From positions 1 through 41,361 of IMG/VR virus record IMGVR_UViG_3300048850_000033: a DNA stretch of 41,361 bases; one strand, written 5' to 3'. The DNA is from a virus (Duplodnaviria; Caudoviricetes). The first letter of the stretch is position 1; the number at the start of each line of letters is the position of its first letter. The position numbers and the translations under genes were made by a program. Of this stretch, positions 32,981 through 41,361 are shown piece by piece. The notes below the pieces were generated by a model, which made no database searches, was not told where the DNA came from, and was given only the letters and a program-made list of their open reading frames with translations.

Positions 32981-33232
32981 ATGGAAATGCAAACCAAAAT
33001 CGAAACTCGCGTGACGGACTGGAACGAATGCAAGGGCGGCCCTTGGTATCCTGGCCTCTCGCACGGCGGCTTCATCGCTTATCGCATCTGGCAGCAGTTC
33101 GACGGCATGCGCTGGTTCCAGCGCCATGAGTGGAAGCGGGCCGACGGCTCTCTCGAAATGGAAAAGTGGATCGCTGGTATCTCTGGCTTCCTCACCGGCT
33201 CTGAGCTGGTCGAGATCGGGGAGGCCGCGTGA
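32981..33232 (+). CDS. Hypothetical Trp-rich protein, first gene of the PL operon
   Basis: ORF coupled to the next gene; start 32975-32987. Confidence 0.65.
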   Translation: MEMQTKIETRVTDWNECKGGPWYPGLSHGGFIAYRIWQQFDGMRWFQRHEWKRADGSLEMEKWIAGISGFLTGSELVEIGEAA

Positions 33233-33471
33233 TGAGAACGATCGTCACCCGCTACCGCGTCGAAGACTCCCGCGGCCGCGTCCTGACCGCCGAGGGCTGG
33301 TTCTCTCGCGAGACCGACGACGCGCTCCGTTTCTGGGACGAGGATGCAGCCCACGAGGCGGCAAGCGAACATCCTGGAGCGACGGTTGAAAGCTTTCAGT
33401 GCCTGTCCGAGTTCCCTGGCTTCTCCGCGCACCGCGAGGCTGTTGGTGAGTTTCTCCGGAGGGCTGGATGA
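33229..33471 (+). CDS. Hypothetical protein
   Basis: SD GGAGG; overlapping stop/start. Confidence 0.7.
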   Translation: MMRTIVTRYRVEDSRGRVLTAEGWFSRETDDALRFWDEDAAHEAASEHPGATVESFQCLSEFPGFSAHREAVGEFLRRAG

Positions 33472-33665
33472 TGCGGAACGTTGACGCAATCGCCCTCGCC
33501 GCCATCAGCAATCGGTGCACGGAAATGATGCAGGTGGCGGCAGTCGCCTACTACTCACGCAAGCCTGATGACCGCGCTCATTACAGCGAACGGGTCGTCG
33601 AGCAATTCCGCGAACTGGCCGACCGTCTCGGATTTGAGATCGTCGAGAAGGAGATGGCGCAATGA
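33468..33665 (+). CDS. Hypothetical protein
   Basis: SD GGAGG; ATGA coupling. Confidence 0.7.
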   Translation: MMRNVDAIALAAISNRCTEMMQVAAVAYYSRKPDDRAHYSERVVEQFRELADRLGFEIVEKEMAQ

Positions 33666-34420
33666 CATTCCTATCCCGATACAACGACCGACCGTCTTCT
33701 CTGAAGGTAGACCATGAAGCCGTAATCAACGGCCGGAAGGGCACTGTTCACTCGCTGAACGAGTTCGACATCACCGTGTGGGAAGATGGCGAAGTCACGG
33801 CGCAGCGGAAACACTACGCGTCCACCTCGCCTGAAAAGCACTTCCCGAACATGAGCGTCAGCGACGGCGCGATCAACTTTCCGATAGAGGATTTGGTCTC
33901 GTTCATTCTCGCTCGCATTTCGCCGGCTGAACTTGCTGACGGCATCATGGCCGATGATGAGGCCCGCGCCGGATTGGTCGAGAAGATGGCCGAGCGCTAC
34001 GCCTCACCTGAATTCGAAGATGCTGATCGCCGCAAGTTCCTGACCAAGGTTCAGCAGCAGATACACGCCAAGTCGATCGACCGGGCCATTGAGCGTCTGA
34101 ACGCCCACGAGCAGAACAACCGCTCCAGATCGGACTATTACCGATGGAAGGCCGTCGAGTTGGGCCACTACAAGGGCCTTTTCGAGCGCTTCCGCGAGGC
34201 TCTTTACGAACTGCGCGAGGCCGGCAAGCTGGATGATCAAGGCGTTCATAACCGTCTGATGATGCACACCAAGCCCGAGCAGTTGGAAGAGTCGATCAAG
34301 GCTAACCGAGACCCTATCGTCAGCGAGTGCGTCGGCCCGCAGTGGCACGAAAGCCGGAATTACTGGCGTCAAGAGCTTCTGAAGCACTTCCCCGAACCGA
34401 CAGCGGAGGAAGCGGAATGA
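33662..34420 (+). CDS. Hypothetical protein
   Basis: SD AAGGAG; 252-aa coupled ORF. Confidence 0.8.
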   Translation: MTFLSRYNDRPSSLKVDHEAVINGRKGTVHSLNEFDITVWEDGEVTAQRKHYASTSPEKHFPNMSVSDGAINFPIEDLVSFILARISPAELADGIMADDEARAGLVEKMAERYASPEFEDADRRKFLTKVQQQIHAKSIDRAIERLNAHEQNNRSRSDYYRWKAVELGHYKGLFERFREALYELREAGKLDDQGVHNRLMMHTKPEQLEESIKANRDPIVSECVGPQWHESRNYWRQELLKHFPEPTAEEAE

Positions 34421-34554
34421 TCACCAGCCTCCCCCTCGACCGCGTCGTCGAGCTCCACCCGCTCCCAGAGCCGCCACCCCGACACCATTACTGGGTCGCT
34501 CCATTCGGGATGCTGATCCCCTTCCTGCAACTCGTTCCGAAATTCTTTCTGTGA
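34417..34554 (+). CDS. Small hypothetical peptide with hydrophobic C-terminus
   Basis: SD GGAGG; ATGA coupling. Confidence 0.5.
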   Translation: MITSLPLDRVVELHPLPEPPPRHHYWVAPFGMLIPFLQLVPKFFL

Positions 34555-34561
34555 GGCAACC

Positions 34562-35566
34562 ATGAGCAATGTAGTTGAGCAGCGGCAAACGCCGCCATCC
34601 ATCGGCAATCTCGCCGAGCAGATCGTCAACGGCTTCCGCCAGGAACGACAGTTCAACGGGGAGCAGATCAAGCTGCGCGGCGTCTATGCCGGCGTGCCGA
34701 TCGAGACCTACCACGGCGACACGAACCTCTTTCCGAGCTTCTCGATTTCGAGCTCGGGCTTGCGCGCCGTGCTTCGCCGTCCGTCCGAATATTGGGCATA
34801 CAGCCCGTACAACCCGAAGGCATTCGAGCGCGAGGAGAAGTCTTCGCTTGAGTTAGGCAAGGCGGCTCACATGCTTTTGCTCGGGGAGGACGGCTTCAAG
34901 GAGCGCTATTCGCTGCGGCCGGCGACATACCCCGACGACAAGGGCGGAGAGAAGCCTTGGAACGGCAATTCCAACTGGTGCAAGGCGTGGCTTGAAAAGC
35001 AGAAGGCTGCCGGGCGCGCGGTCATCACCGATTCCGAAATCCAGCATATCCGGAACATCGCCGACGCCCTGAAGCGGAAAGAGCCGATCCAACTCGGAAT
35101 CCTTCGCGGTCGTATCGAGCGATCGATCTTCACGAAACACGGCAACATTTGGCTGAAGACCCGCCCGGACGTGGTGCCGAACGATAGCGGCGACTTCGTC
35201 GACTTGAAGACCGCGGCGTCGGTCGATGACGAAAGCCTGTCCAAGGCGATCTACTCGCACGGCTACCACGTCCAGGCCGGCCTTCTCCGGATGATCGTCC
35301 GCGACGTGCTCGGGCCCGATGCCTTCACGTCGTTCACCTTCGTCTTTGTCGAGAAGTCTCCGCCCTACGACGTGCGCGTATTGCAACTGAAGGACGAGGA
35401 CATTGACCTCGGCGAGCGCCAGGCGCGCCACGCGATCAAGACGGTCGAGCGCTGCCTGAAGGAAAATCGCTGGCCCGGCTTTGACGGGTTCGAACGTGAA
35501 TTTGGATACGTGGAAATGCCGTCGTGGGCGAAGACCCGGATCGGCATCGAACTGGAGGCGGCATGA
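34562..35566 (+). CDS. recE: RecE-like PD-(D/E)xK exonuclease (DUF3799 type)
   Basis: ISSSGLR, LGKAAH, KTRPD..VDLKT, YHVQAG and FVEKSPPY motifs. Confidence 0.88.
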   Translation: MSNVVEQRQTPPSIGNLAEQIVNGFRQERQFNGEQIKLRGVYAGVPIETYHGDTNLFPSFSISSSGLRAVLRRPSEYWAYSPYNPKAFEREEKSSLELGKAAHMLLLGEDGFKERYSLRPATYPDDKGGEKPWNGNSNWCKAWLEKQKAAGRAVITDSEIQHIRNIADALKRKEPIQLGILRGRIERSIFTKHGNIWLKTRPDVVPNDSGDFVDLKTAASVDDESLSKAIYSHGYHVQAGLLRMIVRDVLGPDAFTSFTFVFVEKSPPYDVRVLQLKDEDIDLGERQARHAIKTVERCLKENRWPGFDGFEREFGYVEMPSWAKTRIGIELEAA

Positions 35567-36255
35567 TGCAGAAAATTCGTGTAGTTGATTTCGAGACTAC
35601 AGGTTTCCCCGAGGACGCCGTACGCGGCATCTGCGAAGTTGGATTCACCGATCTGACGGCCGATTGGCAGATCGGGATGACTGTTTCACTCCTCGTCAAT
35701 CCCGGACACCCAATCCCGCCGCAGACGCGCGCCGTGCATCACATTTCGGACGCTGATGTCGCTGGCGCGATGTCTCCAGATCGAGCCCTTATGCACCTCA
35801 TGGACGGCATGGGTGAGGATGATGTCTTCGCCGCTCACAATGCCAAATTCGAGCAAGCCTTCTTCGGGGGCGGCGGCCGGCGCTGGATCTGCACGATGCA
35901 GTGCGCAAAGCATCTCTTCCCGGATGCACCTGGTCACTCGAACCAGACGCTGCGGTACTGGCTCGGGATCGATGCCGATTTTGATGATCCCGCCCGAGCC
36001 ATGCCACCGCACCGCGCTGGTCCCGACACCTTCGTCACAGCCCATATTCTGAGCCGCCTCGTCTTCGCATCGAGCGTCAACGAGCTCGTCCGCCTCACCA
36101 CGGCGCCGGTTGTCCTGCGGGACGTCACCTTCGGCAAGCACCGCGGCGCCAAGTGGGCCGATCTGCCTTGGGATTATCTGAACTGGATAGCCACGAAATC
36201 CGACCTCGGCGCCGACGAGAAGCACACTGCGCGCCATTACCTGCAGGGGAAGTGA
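35563..36255 (+). CDS. DEDDh 3'-5' exonuclease (ExoX-like)
   Basis: VVDFETTG, AHNAKFE, WICT and HRAGPD motifs; C-terminal FGKHRG..WADLPWDYLNW domain. Confidence 0.9.
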   Translation: MMQKIRVVDFETTGFPEDAVRGICEVGFTDLTADWQIGMTVSLLVNPGHPIPPQTRAVHHISDADVAGAMSPDRALMHLMDGMGEDDVFAAHNAKFEQAFFGGGGRRWICTMQCAKHLFPDAPGHSNQTLRYWLGIDADFDDPARAMPPHRAGPDTFVTAHILSRLVFASSVNELVRLTTAPVVLRDVTFGKHRGAKWADLPWDYLNWIATKSDLGADEKHTARHYLQGK

Positions 36256-36257
36256 TC

Positions 36258-37406
36258 ATGAACCAAGTTGCACAACAGCAGAAGCTCGGCGCTCAGGTCG
36301 CCCTCACCAGCAGCGAAGGCGGATTCGCAGTCACGCCACAGACACTCAATGACATCGTCGAGTTCGCCAAATTCATGAGCCTTTCGAACGCCGGTATCCC
36401 CGCATTCCTTCGCGGCAATGCCCCTGACTGCGCCGCTGTCACCATGCAATCGTTGAAGTGGGGATTCGACCCGTTCAGCGTTGCCCAGAAGTCCTACAAG
36501 GTGAAGGACATCATCGCATACGAAGCGCAGCTTATTGCGGCGGTCATCAATGCCCGCTCTGGCATCAAGGGGCGGCTGAAGTATCAATTCGATGGCAGTG
36601 GCGAAGATCTCACCTGCACCGTGACCGGCACGCTTGACGGCGAGGAATGCACATACACCTCTCCGCGAGTTGGCAACATCACGACGAAGAACTCTCCCCT
36701 CTGGAAGACGGACCCGCAGCAGCAACTCGGCTATTACAGCTCGCGCAACTGGGCTCGCCGGCATTGCCCTGAAGTAATCCTCGGCGCTTACGATCGTGAT
36801 GAAGCCGAGGAGTTCCGCGGACCAGACCGGGCCAAGGACATCACTCCTTCGGAGCCGAGCGTCATGCACCGCCTGCGGGCCGCCCAGAGCGCCACACAGG
36901 AGGCCCATGGCGCGCGCGAAGGCTTCGACCCTGATCATGTGACCCGCGAGACCTCGGACGCTCTCACGGGCGAAATAATCGACAACCCGGATACCGGCGC
37001 GGAAGCGTCCCCCATCTCTACCGGGCCGGTTGAAGCTGACGACCCCCAACGTCAGCCCGAGGACGACGGCCAGACCGCCTCCGTGCCGTCGTCCTCATCC
37101 CTATTCCACGATGACGAACCGCAGCCAATCCCGGCCGAGGAGCTGCTGAAGCTGCGAGCCTATGCAAAGGACGTTCTGAACCGAGCGGCTGATCCGAACA
37201 CCAGCGCGGACGCGATGAAGAAGATCGAATCCCGTTGGGCGGAGGATATCCGCAAGCTTTCACCGCGCGGTCGGCAGGCGGCCGGCTCTATCGCGATGTC
37301 GGTTCGCGCCGTCATGCGAAATGAGACGTCAGTCGAGTCCGCGATTGGGTTCCACGCGGAAGGGCTTGGTTGTGAGCCGGAAGAGCTTGGAGGCGTCAAT
37401 GGCTGA
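36258..37406 (+). CDS. recT: RecT-family annealase with long C-terminal extension
   Basis: DPFSVAQK, IAYEAQLIAAVI and NSPLWKTDPQQQLGY..RNWARRHCPEVILG motifs. Confidence 0.88.
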   Translation: MNQVAQQQKLGAQVALTSSEGGFAVTPQTLNDIVEFAKFMSLSNAGIPAFLRGNAPDCAAVTMQSLKWGFDPFSVAQKSYKVKDIIAYEAQLIAAVINARSGIKGRLKYQFDGSGEDLTCTVTGTLDGEECTYTSPRVGNITTKNSPLWKTDPQQQLGYYSSRNWARRHCPEVILGAYDRDEAEEFRGPDRAKDITPSEPSVMHRLRAAQSATQEAHGAREGFDPDHVTRETSDALTGEIIDNPDTGAEASPISTGPVEADDPQRQPEDDGQTASVPSSSSLFHDDEPQPIPAEELLKLRAYAKDVLNRAADPNTSADAMKKIESRWAEDIRKLSPRGRQAAGSIAMSVRAVMRNETSVESAIGFHAEGLGCEPEELGGVNG

Positions 37407-38076
37407 TCGTCCTATCCTCTTCTCCGCCCCGATGGTCCGCGCGCTGCTTGATGATCGCAAGACGCAGACACGGCGGATACTGAAGCCGCAACCTAACATG
37501 CTGAATGGCGGAAAGCCGCTGAACAACGGTCGCGGTTCATACTCTGTCGATGGCGGCTGGAAGAGAATTCCAATTGCTGCTGGAGACCGTCTCTATGTTC
37601 GCGAGCATTGGCGGGTGTCGCAGAAGTGGGACGGGACGCCGCCGCGCGATCTGCCCATGCGGAGTATGACGATCTTCTGCGAGGCCGGCGGATCTATCGC
37701 CAATCAGGCAAGCGGCCGATGGGAGCCGGATAACGACTATCCGCATTATCGGCCGGAATGGGTCGGCAAGCATCGTCAAGCAATGCACATGCCCCGCTGG
37801 GCCTCGCGCCTGACGCTGATCGTGACCGACGTTCGCGTCGAGCGGCTGCAGGACATCAGCGAGGAAGACGCGATAGCGGAAGGTGCTTTCCCTTGCGCAA
37901 ATGGATGGACCTATGGCGGCCCACCGCTTGCCGGGTCAACGGCGCGAGGCGCGTACTACTGCCTATGGAACAGCATCAACGGCGAAGGCTCATGGGAAGC
38001 GAACCCTTGGGTTGCCGCCTACACCTTCCGCGTCATCAGGCAGAACATCGATCAGGTTGAGAGGGTGGCGGCATGA
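37399..38076 (+). CDS. ASCH/PUA-like phage protein
   Basis: RPILFSAPMVRALLDDRKTQTRR, GDRLYVRE, HMPRWASR..VERLQDISEEDAIAEG and NPWV motifs. Confidence 0.82.
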   Translation: MADRPILFSAPMVRALLDDRKTQTRRILKPQPNMLNGGKPLNNGRGSYSVDGGWKRIPIAAGDRLYVREHWRVSQKWDGTPPRDLPMRSMTIFCEAGGSIANQASGRWEPDNDYPHYRPEWVGKHRQAMHMPRWASRLTLIVTDVRVERLQDISEEDAIAEGAFPCANGWTYGGPPLAGSTARGAYYCLWNSINGEGSWEANPWVAAYTFRVIRQNIDQVERVAA

Positions 38077-38468
38077 GGACGGTTCCCGAATGGATCGGCC
38101 GCACCGACGACAGCATGCCTACCGACAAGTGCAAGATCCGCATCTTGGAACGGCAGGACTGGAAGTGCGCAATTACCGGTCTGGATTTTCGCGACGGCAC
38201 CAAAGCCGAGTTTGATCACATCGTGCCGCTCTGGCTCGGAGGCGAAAACCGAGAATCCAACCTGCAGGCGATCAGCAAGAAAGCTCACCAGGCGAAGACG
38301 AGCGCCGAGGCTACCGTCCGGGCGAAGGTCGATGCCAACCGGCTGAAACGCGTCCTGGCTAAGAACAAGCCGAAGGGCGGGTTCAGCAAGAGATTCAAGC
38401 GGAAAATGAACGGCGACGTGATCGACACCCGGACGGGCGAGATCGTCAGTGGGAGGATCGAGCGATGA
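38073..38468 (+). CDS. HNH endonuclease
   Basis: EFDHIVPLWLGGENRESNLQAI...H. Confidence 0.88.
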   Translation: MRTVPEWIGRTDDSMPTDKCKIRILERQDWKCAITGLDFRDGTKAEFDHIVPLWLGGENRESNLQAISKKAHQAKTSAEATVRAKVDANRLKRVLAKNKPKGGFSKRFKRKMNGDVIDTRTGEIVSGRIER

Positions 38469-38653
38469 GAGAATTTATCGAGATCGACGGCCGCAAGTAT
38501 CGGAAGTTCATCCCTTACCCAGGCCCGGTCGATGACGGCACATTGCGCTGCATAGCGTGCGGCCAGATCGATGAACCGGAACATCACGACGATGCTCTTT
38601 GCGGTGTGTGTGTCTCCGACCGACCCGCCCAGGAAGACGAGAGGAACCCATGA
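38465..38653 (+). CDS. Small CxxC...CxxC protein
   Basis: CIACG and CGVC; SD GGAGG; ATGA coupling. Confidence 0.6.
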   Translation: MREFIEIDGRKYRKFIPYPGPVDDGTLRCIACGQIDEPEHHDDALCGVCVSDRPAQEDERNP

Positions 38654-38714
38654 CCCAGAAACACCGCGCGGCGATAGACGCGATGAATGCAGCGGGGGAA
38701 TGGAAGCACACCCT

Positions 38715-38894
38715 ATGACTGAAAGCTACATGGACCGCGTAGACCGCGAGATAAGAGAAACCATGCCGCGTATTCAACGCGATGTTGCGTCTGGCCTATC
38801 TCCCACTGACGCAATTAACCGCAACGCGCACACGACGGAAACCTACGCCCACGCCCTGAAAGCTTACGGGCTGAAGCCTGTCATCCCGGATTAG
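38715..38894 (+). CDS. Hypothetical protein
   Basis: ORF filling the gap before 38906; start uncertain. Confidence 0.5.
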   Translation: MTESYMDRVDREIRETMPRIQRDVASGLSPTDAINRNAHTTETYAHALKAYGLKPVIPD

Positions 38895-38905
38895 GAGCCG
38901 CCACC

Positions 38906-39586
38906 ATGACCAGAAAAGACGATACAGCATATGACGGCGGGCCTCTTACCATCTCCTACCCCGTCCACGAGATCGCGCACAATCTGCTTGTGAACCACAC
39001 CGGCTCGGAAGGCGGTTTCCCACGCATCGACTGGTACAAACTGCGCGCCGAAATCTCGGATGCAATCGCGCTCGCCTTGGACGATCAGCGCCGTCGCGAC
39101 ACGCCAGCGCCGGCTTCCCCCGCTATCGGTGAAGGGAGCCGCGTGGAGCCGATCGATACCGCGCCGAAGGACGGAACATGGTTCATCGCCTATCAGGACG
39201 GCGACACCTACCCGTGCGAGTGGCGCACAGAAGAACCCGATGAAGGGCCTTCCCGCGAGGGATGGTTCGACCACTTCAATCAATCGTTCGAAGCGCCGAC
39301 CCACTGGCAGCCGCTTCCGCACAAGCAAGTTCCGTCAGAGCCGGTCGCGTGGCGTGCGAAGATGGCGCACGGCTATGCGCACACGTCCAGCCGGAAGCAG
39401 GCGGAAGATTGGGGCGGTCCGCCTCTAGTCGAACCCCTCTTCGCCTCCCCGCCTTCAGACGGAGAGCTGGTGCGGGCCGCAAAAGCGCTGATGGCGCGAT
39501 GGCCCACCGACCAGCATGAAGGTTCTCCGCTCAAGGCCGAAGCCGACGCGCTCCGCGCCGCCATTTTCGCGGAGGAGGAGAAATGA
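38906..39586 (+). CDS. Mosaic protein with DUF551-like domain
   Basis: PIDTAPKDGT ... PTHWQPLP followed by EPVAW; SD AGGAG. Confidence 0.8.
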   Translation: MTRKDDTAYDGGPLTISYPVHEIAHNLLVNHTGSEGGFPRIDWYKLRAEISDAIALALDDQRRRDTPAPASPAIGEGSRVEPIDTAPKDGTWFIAYQDGDTYPCEWRTEEPDEGPSREGWFDHFNQSFEAPTHWQPLPHKQVPSEPVAWRAKMAHGYAHTSSRKQAEDWGGPPLVEPLFASPPSDGELVRAAKALMARWPTDQHEGSPLKAEADALRAAIFAEEEK

Positions 39587-39588
39587 CC

Positions 39589-39780
39589 TCACGTCTTATC
39601 CATCGCCGGCTTTCTCTTCGGCTTCGCCTTCTCGGGCGGGATAACCTCGCCAAGGTACTTCTCATGCAGCGTGATAGGATAATCGTAGCCCCGCAGCTTG
39701 ACGGAAACCATGCCGTCCTCGCCGACCCTCGTAACGGTTCCGGCAAGCAGGACGCGCGAGCCTTTCTCGATCTTCGCCAT
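39589..39780 (-). CDS. Small beta-barrel-like (KOW/SH3-like) hypothetical protein
   Basis: KIEKGSRVLLAGTVTRV..MVSVKL pattern; purine-rich SD; convergent with the PL operon. Confidence 0.6.
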   Translation of the reverse strand: MAKIEKGSRVLLAGTVTRVGEDGMVSVKLRGYDYPITLHEKYLGEVIPPEKAKPKRKPAMDKT

Positions 39781-39836
39781 TTCCAGCCCCTTGCAAACAC
39801 AAATATGAATTTGGCGCTCGTGGGGGGTTCGGCAAG

Positions 39837-40055
39837 ATGAGCCGAGCAGCCTTCAGACAAGCGGACATGGAGCGCATCTTCCGCGCGGCTCGTCGTGAGG
39901 GCTTCGCGGTGCAGATCGACATCCGATCCCTGGTTGTTACCGCTATCCCCAGCGCGGAGCCGGCTGAGGCTGTTGACACGACGCCGAAACAGGGAGGCAT
40001 CCTGCCATCGGGCAATCTCGCCCCCGATGGAAAGGAAAATTGGGATGAGGACTGA
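39837..40055 (+). CDS. Putative excisionase / recombination directionality factor
   Basis: Small ORF overlapping the integrase start; FRQADMERIFRAA pattern; function from position. Confidence 0.55.
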   Translation: MSRAAFRQADMERIFRAARREGFAVQIDIRSLVVTAIPSAEPAEAVDTTPKQGGILPSGNLAPDGKENWDED

Positions 40056-41187
40056 CAGGCCGGGCTACCAGTACCGGCAAAACAAGGATGGAACCACCGT
40101 CCATTACTGGAATCCGAAGCGGGCGATAAAGGGAGCGCCCGACTATCTGACGACGATACGCCTAGAGGATGGGCTTTCGGATGAGCAGATCGCCGCAGAA
40201 TGCCGGCGTCTTACAGAACAGTTGCGCGATGACTTGCGCAATTTCGACGCCCCGCCGAAGTTTGACGGCACGATCAAAGCCCTGATCGATTGCTTCCGCC
40301 ACGACAAGACGAGCACGCTGCATAGCGTCAAGCACTCGACGAGGATTCGGGACTATGAGCCCAGCCTCCGCGTGCTCGAGAAAAACGTCGGAGGCAGACG
40401 GATAGACGCGCTCAAGGCGTCAGATTTCCGGGAGTGGTTTGCCAAGTGGCGCAAGAAAGGCCACAGGAGGGCGTCAGGCGCGATCAAGCTCCTGCGGCTC
40501 ATCATCTCCTACGGAGCCGGAGAACGCCTCACTGGCTGCGCACAGGCTCGCTTGATCCTCTCCGATATGCGCTTTGAGCAGCCGGAGGCTCGCACGGTCA
40601 CGATGACCTACGAGCAATGCCTGGCGATTGTGCTGAAGAGCATCGAAATGGGATGCCCGTCGATCGGGTTCGTCGAGGCGCTGAAATTCGAATCAGCGTT
40701 GAGGCGAATTGACGTGATTGGGGAATGGGCCCCGCCGCCTGAAGGAGGCGCGTTCCGCTGGCGCGGACTGACGGGGAAGGACATCTCTCGGGATCTGATC
40801 TTGTCGATCAAGACGAGCAAGACGGGAGCGGCCGCAGCGCGCGACCTTAAGGTCATGCCGCTTGTGCAGGAAGCGCTGAAGACTTTCCGCATTCCAGACA
40901 TCGGGCCCGTCGTCGTCGACGAGGACACCGGCAAGCCCTATTGGGATAACCGCTATACGGAGAAGTTCCGGAAGGTGAGAGATGCTGCCGGCGTGCCGTC
41001 GAACGTATGGTCGATGGATTCGCGGGCTGGCGCTGTGACGGAGACGGTAGAGGCTACCGGCTCATTGGAGGACGCCAGCAATTTGGCGACACACAGCACC
41101 ACGAAGACCACCCGGCGCTATAGCCGAGGCGATGGTCTGGAGAAGAGCCGGGCGATTGCCAAGGCTCGGTCTGAAAAGCGTAAGTGA
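40045..41187 (+). CDS. int: Tyrosine integrase
   Basis: Catalytic residues: ALRRID (R), SKTG (K), MDSR (R), ATH (H), RRY (Y); adjacent to att. Confidence 0.92.
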   Translation: MRTDRPGYQYRQNKDGTTVHYWNPKRAIKGAPDYLTTIRLEDGLSDEQIAAECRRLTEQLRDDLRNFDAPPKFDGTIKALIDCFRHDKTSTLHSVKHSTRIRDYEPSLRVLEKNVGGRRIDALKASDFREWFAKWRKKGHRRASGAIKLLRLIISYGAGERLTGCAQARLILSDMRFEQPEARTVTMTYEQCLAIVLKSIEMGCPSIGFVEALKFESALRRIDVIGEWAPPPEGGAFRWRGLTGKDISRDLILSIKTSKTGAAAARDLKVMPLVQEALKTFRIPDIGPVVVDEDTGKPYWDNRYTEKFRKVRDAAGVPSNVWSMDSRAGAVTETVEATGSLEDASNLATHSTTKTTRRYSRGDGLEKSRAIAKARSEKRK

Positions 41188-41212
41188 CACGCAGTGAAAC
41201 GAGTGACACGCC
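41183..41212 (+). repeat. Three tandem AGTGA(C/A)ACG repeats, putative integrase arm sites
   Basis: AGTGACACG 41183, AGTGAAACG 41193, AGTGACACG 41202. Confidence 0.65.
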
Positions 41213-41234
41213 ATTCTGCTAAGTCATTGAAAAT

Positions 41235-41283
41235 GCTGGAGCGGGTAGCGGGAATCGAACCCGCGTATTCAGCTTGGAAGGCT
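41235..41283. repeat. att core, right copy
   Basis: Identical to 79-127. Confidence 0.97.
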
Positions 41284-41310
41284 GCTGCTCTACCATTGAG
41301 CTATACCCGC
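41237..41310 (-). tRNA. tRNA-Gly(TCC)
   Basis: Reverse complement GCGGGTATAGCTCAATGGTAGAGCAGCAGCCTTCCAAGCTGAATACGCGGGTTCGATTCCCGCTACCCGCTCCA; 74-nt cloverleaf with TCC anticodon. Confidence 0.97.
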
Positions 41311-41333
41311 GGGCCTTCGATCCTGAAGCAGAA

Positions 41334-41361
41334 TGGTGGAGGGAGTTGGATTTGAACCAAC
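41334..41361 (-). tRNA. 3' end of an upstream tRNA (probably tRNA-Tyr), cut by the window edge
   Basis: Reverse complement GTTGGTTCAAATCCAACTCCCTCCACCA gives T-arm, acceptor strand and CCA; anticodon not visible. Confidence 0.75.

Larger units (their letters stand above)
79..41283. mobile_element. Temperate prophage (podovirus-like morphogenesis, lambdoid regulation) integrated in tRNA-Gly(TCC)
   Basis: Flanking 49-bp direct repeats; integrase next to the right repeat; terminase, portal, capsid, tail fibre, lysis and cI/cro genes all present. Confidence 0.97.

Noticed and set aside
1-41361. CRISPR array, IS element or rRNA
   Set aside because: No regularly spaced repeat-spacer array, transposase or rRNA-like sequence noticed on manual reading

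Overview
The window is almost entirely one apparently complete temperate prophage of about 41.2 kb in a GC-rich alphaproteobacterial, probably rhizobial, chromosome (host assignment is inference). It is bounded by a perfect 49-bp direct repeat (79-127 and 41235-41283) matching the 3' part of a tRNA-Gly(TCC) gene, whose intact copy lies at 41237-41310 on the minus strand. The layout is lambdoid. A cI/cro switch sits near 30.5-31.5 kb. A rightward early operon carries RecE, a DEDDh exonuclease, RecT, ASCH-like, HNH, xis and int genes. A long leftward operon carries GapR-like, RuvC, MTase, DnaB, PAPS-reductase-like and DnaA-C genes, then terminases, portal, scaffold, capsid, adaptors, a P22 gp10-like tail protein, three ejection proteins, a tail fibre and lysis genes. 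No tape measure or tail tube gene is visible, so the virion is probably podovirus-like. The leads most worth checking are: (1) a DDxxD isoprenoid-synthase-like protein in the slot usually held by a GNAT-like gene, coupled to a Gln-rich pilot protein with an S74 self-cleaving domain; (2) a highly structured ~250-nt non-coding region behind the early promoter, in a phage with no visible replication initiator; (3) a stand-alone S24 domain lacking its catalytic residues, facing cI; (4) a GapR-like/RMF-like fusion. All protein calls come from motif recognition by eye; no database searches were run.
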